NCBI GenBank assembly: GCA_905178155.1
Contig: CAJINV010000009.1
Location: 2,643,373-2,707,372, forward strand
From: Amoebophrya sp. A120
Taxonomy: Eukaryota > Protista > Dinoflagellata
Length of the DNA stretch: 64,000 bases
Direction: 5' to 3'
Position numbers and translations under genes: made by a program. Under the pieces are notes generated by a model. That model saw nothing but the letters and a program-made list of their open reading frames with translations. It was not told the origin of the DNA and did no database searches. How positions within the stretch are numbered: position 1 is the stretch's first letter; each line of letters opens with the position of its first letter. Of this stretch, positions 1 through 15,200 are shown one piece after another.

Positions 1-252
1 ATATGTGTGGGTCTGGAAGCATGCGAACTTGTGATGCGCATTTCACACCACAGATAAATCTCTCATGCATAGGCAGCAAAAGGCGCCCGCTTCCTGTCAC
101 CAAAATGGGGGATTTGTCATACGGATTAAGCAGTGCGGAAGCTTCTCGAAATCTGTGATGCTAGGGCTTCCATGACAGACATTTTGTGTCATGCAAAAAC
201 AGCATGACAAAAATCTGCACTCTTCCAGACCCAGACACTTTTGCATTTAATA
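1..252. mobile_element. Introner family A (left end outside window)
   Basis: GGGTCTGGAA ... TTCCAGACCCAGACACTTTTGCATTTAATA TIR. Confidence 0.85.
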
Positions 253-3200
253 CTGTTTTCGTGGGACTGGTCGGGTTGATGCTGGAACACCGTTGTTCGC
301 CGCGCTTGCCGCAGCAAAAGCACCACGCTGATGCGTAGTTCCAGTCGCCGCACCACCGGGAACATATCGACCGGAGGCGGCGCCACCAGTGCTCGAATGT
401 AAAGACGCCGTGGGGGAAGTTTGCCCCTGAAGATTTGGGTCTCCAACACCCCCAGCTGCACGATGTTGATCCCTAGAAGTTGTTGTAGTTGTCCCTTGAG
501 GATGACCTCCTCCCTTTGCAGCAGTAGAACTCACCTGGATATTGTGCCACGTTCGCATCCACCGAACCGGAATCTTCGCAGTCTGTCTTGTAATCTTCGA
601 AGATTTCGTACTGTAGCCGATTCTGTATATCGTTTGTGGTTTGCCCTTCTCAAATTCTTCCTCCTCCTCATCGCTCCTCAGCACGGTCGTGCTGCCAATC
701 GTGCCTTCCGTGCCCGTCGTCGCTGACCGGAGACGGTTCTCGGTTAGGGGAGGGTGGGTCGGAGGAACTATTGTTCCAGAAGATCGTACACCTCCTGCGG
801 CGGACGAGTCTTGCTTGTGCTGTTCCTGGTGATCGAAAGCTTCATCATCTTCCGCAGTAAAATGAAAAATCGCTTCATCCTCATCATACACCTTCGGCAC
901 AGAAATCGGCAACGAATACCGACTTTCCTCTTCCCTCAAAGCCGGATTCGACGCGGCGAGGATTGACGGTTTCTTCTTCGTATGCAGTGCAAAAGTATCG
1001 CGCTCGTACTACTTAACTGCACTAATGCATTAGATATTCCGCATCGCAAATCTAATCTGTAACGCTGAGCCAAGTTGCATTGCACGTTTATACTAGTACG
1101 ATACTTTTGCAATTCATACTTCGGCGCATTTGCGTACAAATAGTGCTCGACTTGCTTCTTCCACGAATCAAACTTCCGGATCAACCGCTTCCTCCTTTTG
1201 TACTCTTGAACGGCCGCGGGAATCGACTTCGTCTGGGGGTAGTTGCTGTGGAGAGAGTAGGCGTCGTCGACGAGTTTAGTAGAATTTTGATGCGTCTTGA
1301 TGTTCTGGTGGCCTTCTTGCTCTTGAAATTTATTGGTATTTTTACCACCCCCGTCAGCTCCACCTGATGTTGTTGACACAGACGCTGCGAACGGCCACTC
1401 CCCCACGGTTAACTTCTTTTTCACTTTTCGCTGCTCCAGCTTGTCTTTTTCGTTTATCGGGACAAGGACAAAAACAATCGACCGGAGCACCGAGCGGAGT
1501 CGATACCAGGGAAAATTCTGCTCGGTGGCTTTCTTACTGGCAAGGGACAAGCTGGAGGCAACAGCACGCGACGTAGCACCCTCTCCAAGTAGGTCGCCGT
1601 CACTGCCGACGAAATTCTTTTCATACAAAAACGCCGGCGTCGCTGCTGGCATATGGGGTTCTCAAACGTTCCATTCTCAACTGTTGCATGAATTTGTCAT
1701 GCAAAAATACCATTATCATCCACAAGACCAAGCCGCCTCGCATGACAAATTTGCGAAGGGCTACTAGGCAGCACCTAAATCTGTTCGGGATTTGTGATGC
1801 TACAGGCGCAACCTTCCCCCTTTCACTTTTGCCATTCTTGCATCACAAATCCATGTAATCGGTGAGAATGTAACAGTTGAGAACGCCATATGGCAAAGGG
1901 TGTGCTTGGGACACGATTTGGTCCACTGTGTTCCACGGGATGACGTCCGGTTGGCAGAAAGTCAAATGCAAATGTGTCTGGGTCTGGAAAGTTGGAACTT
2001 GTAATGCTAGCTTTCCATACCTAGAAAATCTGTATTGCATAACCAACATCAAAAGTCGCACCCTCTTTTCTCATTACAAAAACGCAGTTTCTCATGCTGA
2101 CTGACTATGAGAATGCGTTCCGGAAAGTTGTCATACTGGGTCCCATTCGGAACTGTTTCGATCATCCACATTTTAGCATCAGAAGTTTCCAGACCCGGAC
2201 ATATTTGCATTTGATACAGAAAACGCGTTTCTGATTCGTCCACGATTCCCGTTATCAAGTGTAAAAGTGTCTGGGTCTGGAGAAGTGTAGACTTGTCATT
2301 TTCCATGACCCGTGAGGTCTGGAACGCGGGACTTAGCATGACAGACTCTGCGAGGTCTCTGCCATGCCTATCCTGCATGAGAAACTCCCTTCCAACTACT
2401 TGAACAAAAGCTTACAGCTTTTGGCACTCATGCAACACAGATTTTTGCATGCTTCAGATTTACCATGACAAGTTCCATCCTTCCAGACCCAGACATTTTT
2501 GCATTTGATACCCGTTTCACATAGTCAATTTTCGTCGTGAGACCGCGCAAATTGTCGTATTCGTAGCGGAAGTAGAAGTGTTCGGTGGAGGAATTGTGGG
2601 CGTAGTAAGGTTCTTTTTTGTAGCTGCTACCTCTGCCGCGAAGGGCGACGCCATTGGTGTTGCTGTTGCAGCTGCCTTGTGGAGCAGGAACGTCGATCAT
2701 TCCCCCTCCTTCTTGGGTTCTTGAGGTATTCATCCAATTGTTGATGTTGTCCTCCTGCTGATGAAACAAATGCGCACCGCTCTCGTCGCCGGTAAACACC
2801 GTCCCCGCGCTGTTTGGGCTACTGCTGCTGCCTCCACCGCCGTACTTGTTCTGGAAAACGGATTCTTGGTAAGACCCCGGGGTGGGCGTTGGCGAGGGAA
2901 GCATGCTATCCGCGCTTGGACTTGACGCGCCGGTAGTTCCTGATCCAGAGCTGACATTCACGAACTGGCTGGTAGGCTGCTGCTGCAAACCTGCTGGATC
3001 ATTATAGCGCGGATCATTGCCGTAATCTTGCCGCGTCCACGAGTGGGACATCGGATCTGCCGCGCCCTCTGGCTTTACACCACGCGGCGGTCGTACGATT
3101 TTATTTCCGTGTAGTTGTCCCTGAGGCCTCCGCGGAGCAAAATCTGTAGCAGTAGGATCAAGGAGTATTGTGAGGAAAAATCCCCCCTCCCCATATCGAA

Positions 3201-6200
3201 AGCGGAATGTGTGTTGCTGTATTTGAGTACGCAAATCATATCTGTCTTGCTGGAGAGGACTGCAGACCCATATCAAGCCTGAGCAGAGAGGCTTTGACTT
3301 AGGCGCATAGCATGAAAAGCGTCCGTGGTGTTGGCTCAACAGCATGACAAACCGCCTCCATAATGGGACGGAAGCTGCTGCCCTTGTCTTCTTGCAACAC
3401 AAACGTGATTTGTGACCTCAAATCAGCAACACAAATTTTCGAAAACCTACCTTTTCAATATGGGGTGGGGGGATTTTTCCTTTTGATAAGTAGACCAGGT
3501 TCTTCCGAGATGGCGCTCGCCTTGCTACCCCGCTTGTTGTTAACGGTAGAATTGACGCCGGCAACCAGGTCCTCACCGCCGGTTGTACCACCGCCAATGC
3601 CGATTTTGCTACCCCTCTGACTGCTCGAATGGTGGTCATTTATTTTGCTCTCATTGTACATGTACGCGCGTTTCTGCAACACTCGCAAGATCGACCTACG
3701 GAGAACGTATTCGTATCCTGTGCAAAAGTATCGTATTCGTATACATGCATTACAAATTTCCTCAGCATGAGAAATAAAATTTGTAATGCTGATTTACCTT
3801 AAGGCAAAGATTTGTATATGCATGAATGCAATACGAGTACGATACTTTTGCAGTTCATAATTCGTAGCTGACCACGATGTCGTCGACGTGCTGTTTTTGC
3901 TCTATGGCGTTCTCAACTGTTCCATTCATTCCCAACTGTCACATGAATTTGTGATCCAAGAATGGCAAAAGTGCTAGGGGGAATCTTGCGCGTCCTGCAT
4001 GACAAATTTGGCACCGATTGTCAGCCTGTTTGATGGCCCTCTAAGAATTTGTCATGCGAAGCAGCTTCATAGTGTCGATTTTGAAGGCAATTTTGCATTA
4101 CAAATCATGTAACAGAAACAGTCGAGGATGTAACGTTTGAGAACGCCTTATGCTCCTTCGCCAACTTCGGACTTCTGTCCGTGTCCGACGCAGACGCGGA
4201 GAACCGCATTGTGTGCTGCGCTATCAAGTGCAAACATGTCTAGGTCTGGAAGAGTCCAAGGTAAAGGTTTGTCATGCAAAGGCCAGCATGACTCCAAAGC
4301 CTGTCATGCACATTACCCGAAAGGACCACTTTTCTGTCATGCAGAAACGCGCTTTGTCATGCAGAATACACAACACGTAGGTACTCAGAAACTTGTCATG
4401 CTGCGCTGCCAATTAACGCGTCCTCATGGTTCTTGTCCTACCCGCATCACAAGTTTCCAGACGCAGACATATTTGCGATGCATATGCGCAGCTTTTGCGC
4501 TTTCGTTTTTCGAATCGGTTTTGCTTCTTTCGCCCGGGAGGTGATGTTGCGCGGCTGCAATCACGGATGTTGATTGCGGTAGCCGGAGGCTTGAGGTTGT
4601 GGCAGACGAAACTGCGGCCACTCCGGCGGTCTTCCGTAACCTGGTGAATCCATCAGGCGCTGCTGTTCCTGCAGCAGCTCCCCCATGATGCATTCTTGTC
4701 CGCGAAGATGAGACTTGGGGCTGGGTCGCAGCAGGAGCAGTTGCACCATGAGCAAGATGTTGCTGTGTACTAGCTGCTATCCCACTGTTGCTGTTTCCGT
4801 TCTGACTGCCCCCCAACATGCTCAAGCTTTGCGACTCCGCGATCATACTTCCCTCCGGTCTCGCGACCCTGTTCAGAGTGCTTGCATCGCCAGATGGAAC
4901 ACCTCCTGTCGTAGTTCCTGCTACCATACCTCCAACCGTACCTCCGTTAACACTCGTTAAAGTCGCGTTATTAGGGGTCAGATTCTGTGCACCAGCACCT
5001 CCGATGTCACTGGTTGAGTTGTTGCTGCTACGTCTGTCGGGTTCTAAAACTCCCGCCGAGTTTAGTGTCTCCTCGTTCATCTGCAGCAGCTATGAAGGCC
5101 TCAGGTTGGAAATCCTCACAGTGAAAATGATTTGTAATGCAAAAAAAACGACACCAGTTGAAGCACCATTTCTAGTCGGCGCATGACAAATTTCTTGGGC
5201 ACTCAAAGCGTGTCTGTCATGCTAGTGAGGCAAAGGGGTGCCCTTCTCTCGTGCTAATCTGCAGCCCAATTCTGGACCCGTAGAAGCACAATAGTCGGCC
5301 TCCATTGCGTTCTCTGCAATACAGTTTTTTTGGTGTAGCATTCCATGCACTACAAATTATTTCCACTTTGAGAATTTCCTTTCTGAGGCTTTCATAACAG
5401 CTCGTTTGACCTGGACAAAGAATCGTCCTCTTGATTCAACAGGTTTACAGCGTTCATATCAGCTCCGGAGGGACTCGAAATCGCAGAAGCAGACGCACCA
5501 CCTTGTGGTTGCTGCTGCAACCCACCAAAGCTTAAAGACGTCGCGGAGTGGTCTTTCGTCCTATCTTCCCCAAGACTACCGGAATGCGAGCTCCTATCAT
5601 CCTCATGTGCACCAGCGCCGGCTCTGGTTGAAGATATGTTTTGTTGCAGTCTCCGGAGTTGTTCCTGGTCTAAATTTCGTGTAACCAAATCCAAATTGAC
5701 ATTTAATTCCTCCTATGCAACGCAAAAGCATCATACTCGTATAAATGCATGACAAATTTCCTCAGCATGAGAAATGAAATTTGTCATGCGGATTTACCTT
5801 AAGAGAAAAATTTGTAATGCATGATTGCGATTACTACGAGTACGATACTTTTGCACAGGATACCTCCCCGCTGGTAGAACTGCTGGCGGAAGTACGAGCA
5901 GTGCTTCTCATCAAATACTGCGATATCCTGTGTAAAAACGTCCCCACCCCAGAGTTGTCGTGCAAGTGCGCGACGACAGGAACATTTGTAATGCGCGGCT
6001 CCATGTAAGGCATTTGCATTTCCAACCGTGTTTTGGAATTTGTAATGCTGTAAACAGGATGAGAAAGCGGCTCCCTCATGCAGATTCCCTTGCTAACCAG
6101 CACGAAGCTGCAGAGGCAAACTTGTCATGCGCAACTCCCAAAACTTGGAGATTTGTCTAGCAGATTTCCCATCTTGACTATGGGGTGGGGACGTTTTTAC

Positions 6201-9200
6201 TCAGGATATGCGAATTTTCATGCACATCAGGCGAAACTTGTTGCCCTTCGCCCTGCACCGCCCGACGAGAGGAGGAAGAAGCGCCTCCTGTGCCGCCGAC
6301 GCCCAGCTGGTGCAGCAGCCCTCTGGAGGTTTGCGCGTTCGTCGGGGTGACAGCCGCAAGATGACCAGTAGCGCCGCCGGACAGCGCATTTGCTCCCGTA
6401 GAAGTTCGCGGCGGATACGTGTTTGACGACGAATTCGTCTGCGATAGCACCAATTTCGGTGTCGTGCTTGATCCAGCTGTCGCTAAATTGGAATTCGCCC
6501 TTGCTGGATCCGACGATATTGTGTTCGAACCGGAAACAAGTCGGGGGGAAGAAGACAAATTATACGTGCCTGCCGTATGCTTGTTTTTCAAGCTCGAGGT
6601 CGCTAGCCTCGTCGCGCCACCCGTAGTTGAGCTTCGACTGTTCTGCAGTTGACCCACAGATGCAGAAGTGCCACTACTTGTCGAGACTTTCATTGTCGTG
6701 GTTTTTGACGACGTTTTCGTGGTTTTCGAAGTTGTGAAAACAACAGAGGTTGGGTGCTTCCTGTCGTGTTGCGTGATGAAAATCTGATCGGTGTTAGCGC
6801 TGTAGCTCAGTTATGCATTGCAAAAGTATCGTACTAGTACAAATCGCAATACAAATTTTTCCAGAAGGAAAAATGGAATTTGTAGTGCTGATTTCGCTAA
6901 GAAGGAAGATCTGTCATGCATGATTGCAATTAGTACGAGCACGATACTTCTGCACAGGATATCAGTTCCCAATTGTGGTCCCAGTTACAAACCACCAAAT
7001 TCGACTTCGTGATCGTAGTCGTCGTGGTGGTGGTAGTGGTTTGATGCTGGTTGATAGAGGTAAGTGCCGACTGGGACTGATGATGTCCCCCGAGAGGTGG
7101 ACCACCGCCGGCATGATCCTTGCCAGGTAGATGCAAAGTCGCACTCGAGCCGTGCTTCGGCAACATGCCACTTACCGCGGACGCTGAGCCTGTTCCCGCA
7201 GTGGTTGATGTCGCAGCAGCGGCCGCACCTGCTCCCGATGAAGGTCCTAGCATTTGCATCGCTGTTGGACTCGCAGTAGAACTACTACCTCCTGCACTGA
7301 TGATGTTGGCACCACTTGAGGACATATTAGCCGTCCCGGTTTTATTTCCACCACTCGTCACACCAGCCTATCCCACGAAAAAACTGTTTCACTGTGATGA
7401 TCTTGCAAGATCTGCATCACAAGTTTGTTACACATGACACAGAAAATTTGGCATGCGCGCTTCCAAAGGGAAAACACCGGTAAAGAGACGAGGAATTGCA
7501 GGTGTGGCAAGACAAATAGTTCTGTCTTCCATTCTATCCATCACAAGTTCACAGCGAAACAGTTTTTTCTTGCGATACAGCCCCAGCGTTGTACATGACT
7601 TGTTGGTCCGCAATGGCCGTCGATCGGAACAGTTGCATCCCACAGACCAACCTTGTTCCAACCAAATCTTCGAACAGCTGTCTACTTTTACAGTGCGACT
7701 GCACCACCGGCTGTTCCTTGCCCTCTTCGTCTAGAGTTCGGAATTGTTCTGCGTTCGCCGCGACGCAGGACCAATTGTCGGATTTTTTTCCCAGCATGGA
7801 ATCTCTAAACCCCTTCCCGCTTCTCGTACTTGAGCGGACGTTTAATTTTCGTTCTACGAAAATCGGCAGCAACGGTGGCGAATGTAACACCGACCACAAG
7901 GCTTGTAGGGACAACAGCTTGGCTTTCTTGAAGTAATTCGGATTCTCCTTCGTAATTTCAAAACGCGTCGCGAGCCAACGCTCGGATTCTTCCAAAGTCT
8001 CCGGGGAAATCGGCCCATTTTGTGCGATGAACTCCGCTAATGCCGCTTTGCGCTCCTTCTGGTATTCGAACTGTTGCTGGATTTGCTGCTCTTTGACATT
8101 GGAAAACTTCCTGTACTGTTGCACCGGTTTAGTAGCTGGTTTGGAAGTAGTGCGGCGAGCAGCGGTGGTAGAAGTCGGAAGTGGTACTGCACCAGGAGGT
8201 GCCCCGCCTGTTCGACTTCCTGTTGCAGCGCCGCTGGCTGATGATCCATGAGATAAAGTTTGCTTATCAATAGCAAATATGTCTGGGTCTGGAAGAATGG
8301 AACTTGTAATGCTAGTCCTGCATTCCTGTAAAATCTGTGTTGCATCATGACTAGCAAAAAGACGCCCTCTTTTGTCATATTACAAAAGCGCAGCTTCTCA
8401 TGCTGACTGCGCATGCGAAAGTGTGCGGCAAACTTGTCATGCTTGGCTGCATTCGGAAGTATTTCAGTCATCCACACTTCAACATCACAAGTTTCCAGAC
8501 CCAGACATATTTGCAATGCATATTGCTGATGTTCTTGCAAAGTTGGTGTGGATTGATGCGAAACTGCCCTCCGGTTATTCATGCCTGATTGCATTGCAGG
8601 AGGTAGAGGTAGAGACTCCTGCAGTGGAGATGATCTTCCTGCGCCAGCATCCTGTGCAGTACTAGTACAACTCGGGAAGCTGGTCTGAATCGCAGCAAGG
8701 GGTGTTTTCTTCCCCTTTTGACCAGCTTTCGCGGCGCCAGTCGTGCCACCAGCTGCACCTGGGGAAGTCGCAGGCTTGGTCGCTTGTTTATTTCCCGTCG
8801 CAACGAGGACTCCGCTGGACGTCTCAGTTCGTTTTATTGTCGCAACATCTTCTGAGGCGGCAGAGGAACTCAAATTGACCGTATCGCCGGTGGACAGTTC
8901 TCGGATTTCCAATTGTGTGCTAGATTCAGGACCAGACTGCTTCAAAAACCCACCGGCGGTGGAACTCGCCGCACTATTAAAAGTCGCCGGACTCGGGCTG
9001 GTTGTCGAGGGGATTCTGTTTGTCCCCCTGCTCCCACTCAACGAGTCCAAATTTCCTCGCGAGCTATTCAGCCCACTCCCCGAAGCTGCGGAAGACAGGC
9101 TGGGGTGCGCGGTTACGACCATGCCGCTAATCGCCGCGGTAAAAGGGGCGGAGGACGCGGAGGAATGCAGTTGTTGTCCAGCAAGCATCATGTTCTCATT

Positions 9201-12200
9201 TGAACCGCTGGGCGTGATTTGATTCGACGCTCCAGAGCCACTGCCCGTTTTTGTAACCGAAGGTTTGTTCTTCCCTATGTTCGTGTCCTGACTAGCACCT
9301 GTTCCGTATACTTCTCCCGGAAAGGGAAAAAACGCATCGGAAAACGCGCGGCTCTGCGCGGCAAAGGGCGAGGGAGCGAGCAAGTCCGCGGGCTGGTTAG
9401 TTGCGGACCGCTTCAACGCGGATCGTCTCGCCGTGGAGGAAGAATTTCCGCCGCTCGCGTGCAGTGGGGTCAAAGTTTGATTCGCGGTAAGCAAATCGAC
9501 TTGGTGATGCTGGTGATGGACACTTGCTCTCGTACTTCCAGAGGCTTGCCTTTGCAAGCCGCCGAGGGAATTAGAGGCCGATCCATTGTAGGGAAACGCC
9601 AGCCCGCTGTCACTCATATGAACCCGCAAACCTGTCGGGGTGCTGCGCGGGCCACGGGGCGGCAAACCGGAAGTAGTTGTAGTACTAGGGCCTGCAGAAG
9701 TTGTTCCTCCAGCACTACTCAGTGGCGGCTTGTTCTGCACAAGTTTTCCCCTCGTAGAAGCTGAAGCACCAAACGCCCCGCCAGTATTGTTGAGCGTCCC
9801 TTGTTTATCCCACGAAAAAACTGCTTCACTGTGATGATTTTGCAAGATCTGCATCACAAGTTTCTTACACATGAGACTAAAAACCTGTCATGTGCGTTTC
9901 CCAAGGGAAAACACGCTTGAAATTCCCATGCCTTGCAGGTGTAGCAAGACAAATACTTCTGTGTTCCATTTTCTGCATCACAAGTTCACAGTGAAACGGT
10001 TTTTTCTTGCGGTATTGTTCTGCCACGGTGGTGTTACCGGACAACTGCTTCAAGGCTTCCTTTGCTTCCTCCTGGTTCAAAGTGCTCTGATTAGACACGG
10101 GCGTCGTTCCAGTGGTTCTACTCACATATCCTGTGCAAAAGTATCGCACTCGTACTAATTGCAATCATGCATGACAAATCTTGTTTCTTAGCGAAATCAG
10201 CATTACAAATTCGATTTTTCCTTCTGGAGAAATTTGTATTGCGATTTATACTAGTACGATACTTTTGCAATGCATATCACAATATTACCGGCAATTTGGT
10301 TCGTTTTCGAGTTGTTCCGACTACTAGTGGTCATCTCCTTCGATGAAGACGCGGAAAAAGCTGTCAGAGTTGTGTTCGATTGATCCTGGTCTTGATCCGT
10401 CAAAGTTAAGTCCGCCTGGTCCAAGTCTGAAGTGACCCCGACGCTCAAAATCGACTCGGGTAAAATCGGCGGCCCGCGAGACGAGGATGGAGCCACGACT
10501 TCCACGTGCGCCGCGGGGATGTTCAGTGGCATTTGTGGCCTGCTGTTGATCGCAGGATCATCCAACGGCGTCGCCGGGGTTGTCCCGGCGGTGCCCTCGG
10601 TGGAGTAGCTTGTCGTAGGAGAAGGTTCCTGTGGCGGGAACTGCTGGTTAGGACGGACCCGCTGGTTGACAAGAACCGGTGAGCTTTGGTTGGACAGCTG
10701 GTCTACTCCTGTGCTTCCGGGTAAAAATGGTCTACTGGTTGCTCGTTCTTTCGACGACGCCCGGGAGGAGCTGTCGCCGCCAGCCTGGTGCTGCTCCACT
10801 ATGGCGTTCTCAAATGTTACATTCTCAACTGTTACATGAATTTGCAATGCAAGAACGGCAAAAGTGAAAGGGGAAAGATTGCGCCTTTTGCATCACAGAT
10901 TTGGCGCAGATTCAGCTGCTGTTTGGCCCTTCGGAGATTTGTCATGCGAAGCAGCTTAATCGTGGCGATCTTGCTTGTAAATTTGCATTACAAATCATGT
11001 AACAGTTGAGAATGTAATGTTTGAGAACGCCATATCCACTCTCACTTCTTTCGAAGAAGTTTGGGATTTGCTTGAGTCGCCCTCAGCCACGTGACCTCCC
11101 GGAGTGCTGCTGGTTTCCTCCGCAAGTTGTCCAGGAAGTCCTCCATCTCCCACCTCCACAATATCCTCTAAAATCGATTTTGTCAAGTCTGGGGAGGATT
11201 CGCTCCGGATCTGCTTCTGATGCCGTGCCTTAGCTTTCGGTACAGCTGCTGTGCCCGCAGAAACATCTGCAGCTCGTCCTGCAGAAGTTGTAGTTGCAAG
11301 GTCGTGCCGACCGGAAGTTCTCTGTACTTCACCAGTCATCGCAAGACCTACCTCAGCACTTCCAAGAACTCTTTGTTCCCCTCCGCTTTTCATCTTCTCG
11401 TTCTCCGTCGTGGTCACATACTGCTTCCCGAACTCAAATACGTCCATCTGCCCGCCGACGTAGATGCCTGCGTTGGTCTCAAACTGGTAATCATCCGTGG
11501 GCTCCACCCTGGTCGTCGTCGGTCGCCACTTCACATCGTGAATCCCCAAATCGTGTACGTTCACCATGTCCTGAAGCTTCACATTCATTTGACTCGCTTG
11601 GGATGAAGCTGCTGCCAGGTTTGCTTGAGGCGTAGTTCCAACCACAGGGTAGGGAAAGCTGATTGCGGAAAGTGCCGCTGCAATCGGCGCGGGTTTCATC
11701 CGAGTTTGCTGCTCGACGAGAGTCCGGTATTGGAAATGGTCTCTTGGTGACGTAGTGTGTTGCGCGTTCCAGTTGTCTAACATCTGCATGCGCATCATGC
11801 TCTCCGCTGAACTGAATCCATCGCCGGCTAAGGTACTACTGCTGGCGTCACCGTTTGTTCCGGTGCCAAAAACGGTCGCGTTCAATTTCCTCTGCGATTC
11901 CAGGTAATTATTCACCTTCGCAATCGCGTTCGCCCCGAAAAACGCCTCGCGGAAGTGGTTTGCGGTTTCGAGGTCTTCGGTATTTAAAATGTTGTCGGGT
12001 TGGATCGACTTGTAGAGGTTTTCGTTGGAGAGATAGTACGCGGACAATGGATCTGGTAGCGCAGGAGCTTCTCCATCTGTACTGCTTGTTTTCTCAGCGG
12101 CCGCGGCCCCACCACCAGGTACAAAAAGCGCAGTCAAGCTTCTTTTCACGACAGAAGCCGCGGTGGGGATCTGCGACAAGCCGGCAATTGAGGACATTGG

Positions 12201-15200
12201 GGAAGAGATTGTCAACGAAACATCAGTTGCAGAAGACGAAGCTGCTGCTCCGGCGCGGCCATCTGGGGACATCAACGCGCTGTCCGACGATGACAGATTT
12301 TCATTTTGAAGATTATCCCCAGGAGACAGGGACGGCGTGCGCAATAAACTGGTGTTGTTGTAGCTGCCGGAGTACGTTTTCAGTATGTTCTCGGCATTGT
12401 CGCCCCGTGCGTCGTAAATTTGAACTTTTTGTTGGTTTTTCTCCTGCGGCGGTCCTCCTCCCCTGCTGGGGGGTGAGAAAGCGAACGAAGATGGTGGCGA
12501 ACCAGGGGCACCGTGTCGGTCCGCATGGAAATCTCCGCCGTCGACATTAAGCGGCGAGGACACCGTGTGTGGGGGGAAGGGAAGCTCTTGCAAGTTCCCA
12601 GATTTCGTCTTTTCCAACGGGATTTTCTGTTCGTCGGGAATTTTGATCGGGTCCATGACCTGAATCTTGTACGCCTCGCCATCAAACTCCTCTTCCTTCA
12701 ACGAAAAGTGGACTGACTCTTTCGACCCTTTGCGGATTTGATTGTCCTTCGACCCTTTTTTCGTCTTTGATGCAAAAGTAGAAGAATTTCTACTACCGCT
12801 TGTTCCAACAAGCGGGGGCACGCGGTAGGGGTAGTCTGTTGGTGAAATCTCGTCGTCCGCCGAGTAGCCGAAGTTCGTTCCCGCCGCTGGTCTCAGCGTC
12901 TGATCATCATCAGCAATCTCCTCCTCCTCTTCCCCATCTACTTCGTTTATCGTTTCCCAGGCACTTGGTACGTCAGGGTTTTCTGCACAATATTTTCTCA
13001 GTTCCTTGTAAATCCGCTTCTCCTCTTCGTATTTCTCCAACAACCTCGGGTCGACCACCGGAAACATTTTCAATAATTCCGCCTTCCGCTCCTTCTCCAT
13101 CTCGTTAAAGAGCGCGTCCAACGGTCTCAAGCTCGACACGTTTTCGGAGAAAGATTTCGCTTCGGGCATTTCCAATTCTGGAAAATACACTGTCGCGAAG
13201 AAGTTCGCGTCGCATTCCTCGTACTTCTGCTGAAAGCGGCAATCCTCCAGAATCTTCGGCTGCAGGTCGAGTAATTCGTGCAATTTCGTTTCAAGAAGGT
13301 CTTGCTCGTCGAAGTCACTTGCGTTGTCCGCCTGCAGCAGAAACTCCTCCACTTCGGGGATCCCTGCCAAGTGGTGGCTGCTTGCACCAGTTGCCCCAGC
13401 GCCAGCATACGCATAGTTGTTATGCATTGCAAAAGTACCGTATTATAGTGGAAATAGCATTACAAATTTTTCCAGAAGCAAAAATGAAATTTCTAATGCT
13501 GAATTCGCTAGAAAGCCAGATCTGTCATGCTGCATGACTGCAATTCATACGAGTACGATAATTTTGCAGTGGATAGTTGTGCGGCGCCACACCAATCCCG
13601 ACGTTCGTTGGTACTACGTGAAGAAGTTGCTCCACCGAGTGCTCCGCGGACAAAGTTTCTCCCCCAGAAGCGGATCCTAGCGTCGGCGCCCCGACTATCC
13701 AGGAAAAAACACCCATCCCCATCCAGTTTGTCATGCAAAACATGCATAAGCTCCTTTGTTTGTCATGCAAAAAATGGATGGGGATGGGTGCTTTTTCCTG
13801 GATACCGACTAGAGACAAAGCGTTCGTCACGATCGCCTGTCCACCCCCGACGGAGGACGATTGGCTCGCGTTTAGGAGGTCTTGCAGTGAGGAACTGGAT
13901 TCCCCAGCCGTGTTGGCGGAATTTATCGTCAGCATGTTCGGGTTGCTGCCCATTGTCCCGAGCAAAGACGCGGAGCTATCGTGGTTGTGTTTCGGCATTT
14001 TCGAGGATTGGATCACGCGAATCTGCGTCAGGGCGGAGGTTCTGTTCATTCCTTGGGCAGCGGCGGCGGAAGATTTGTTGTTCATGCCCCAGAGGAAATT
14101 GCCGTCGGATGGGGAGGAAGGAATCATCCCCGTTGCGGTGGATTTCTCGTCCTTACTTATTTCCCCGGAATTGTCCTTATTTTCTCCGCCAATCAGCGCT
14201 GGCTGTGAACTGGAGAAATTTACGGATTTGGAGACCACTGTTGAGGTCGCGGAAGTTGTCTGTTGATGATGGGCTACTTCTGTTGATGTGACAACAGTAG
14301 TCCCTGCTCCTGCTACGACTGCTCCGCCCGTCGAACTCGCGTTCACCGATCGCGGACTGGCGGACAAGGCGCCAAATTTACTGCTGGAAGCGGATCTTGA
14401 TTGGTGTGAGGCGGAGGGGGTAGAGGTACCGCCGCCGGAAAATTCGAGATGAGTTTGCTGCTGCGGGTGCTGTCGTTGACCTGCTGCTGTTATTCCCAAT
14501 TCGGGGTCCGATCCCGAAACCGGGATGCTGAGTTGCAGCTGGTCTACTCCTGCACCAGATGTTCTACTTTCGGTGCCTTTTACAACAACCGATTGTCTGT
14601 CATCCAGAACTGCTGGAATCAAAACCGGCTTCTTCTCCTCCTTTTTCTTTTTCTTCGGAACCAGAACTAGGGGCACTCGATGCAGCGGGCGGTCCCGGAA
14701 GCAGATCAAGAAACATCGCGCTCCCATCTTCGAGAACCTGCGTTGGGTTAACAGGAATAAATCCTTCTTCGTGTAAACCACCCCATGGTTCGCGGACAAA
14801 ACGAAAATACCCTGCCCCGTGATCGTCAACGATCTATCCAAAGCGTGGTGCTCGAACGCGTCTAAAGCGAGGTTCAAAGCCTCTAGCAATGGCAGATTCT
14901 TCGTGGCCCCGGCCATCCTTGTTTCCTCCAAATCGGGGAGAATTGCGTCTTTGTCCCGGTTTGACTTGTCGAGGGATTCTTGCTCTTTCTGTTTGACTAA
15001 ATTCCGGTAGTAGTTGTTCCTCGCCCGGAGGTTTCCACTGCTGAAGCCGCCGTCGGAACTTGCAGAACTTTGTTCTCCGAAGGAAGAGGAAGGGAATAGG
15101 GTGTTGCTGAACTGGTTCTGATATTGATGATGTTGATGTTGTCCACCTCCAGAACCACCTGCTCTCGACGTTGTACTAGAAACACGGTTAATATTCAAAT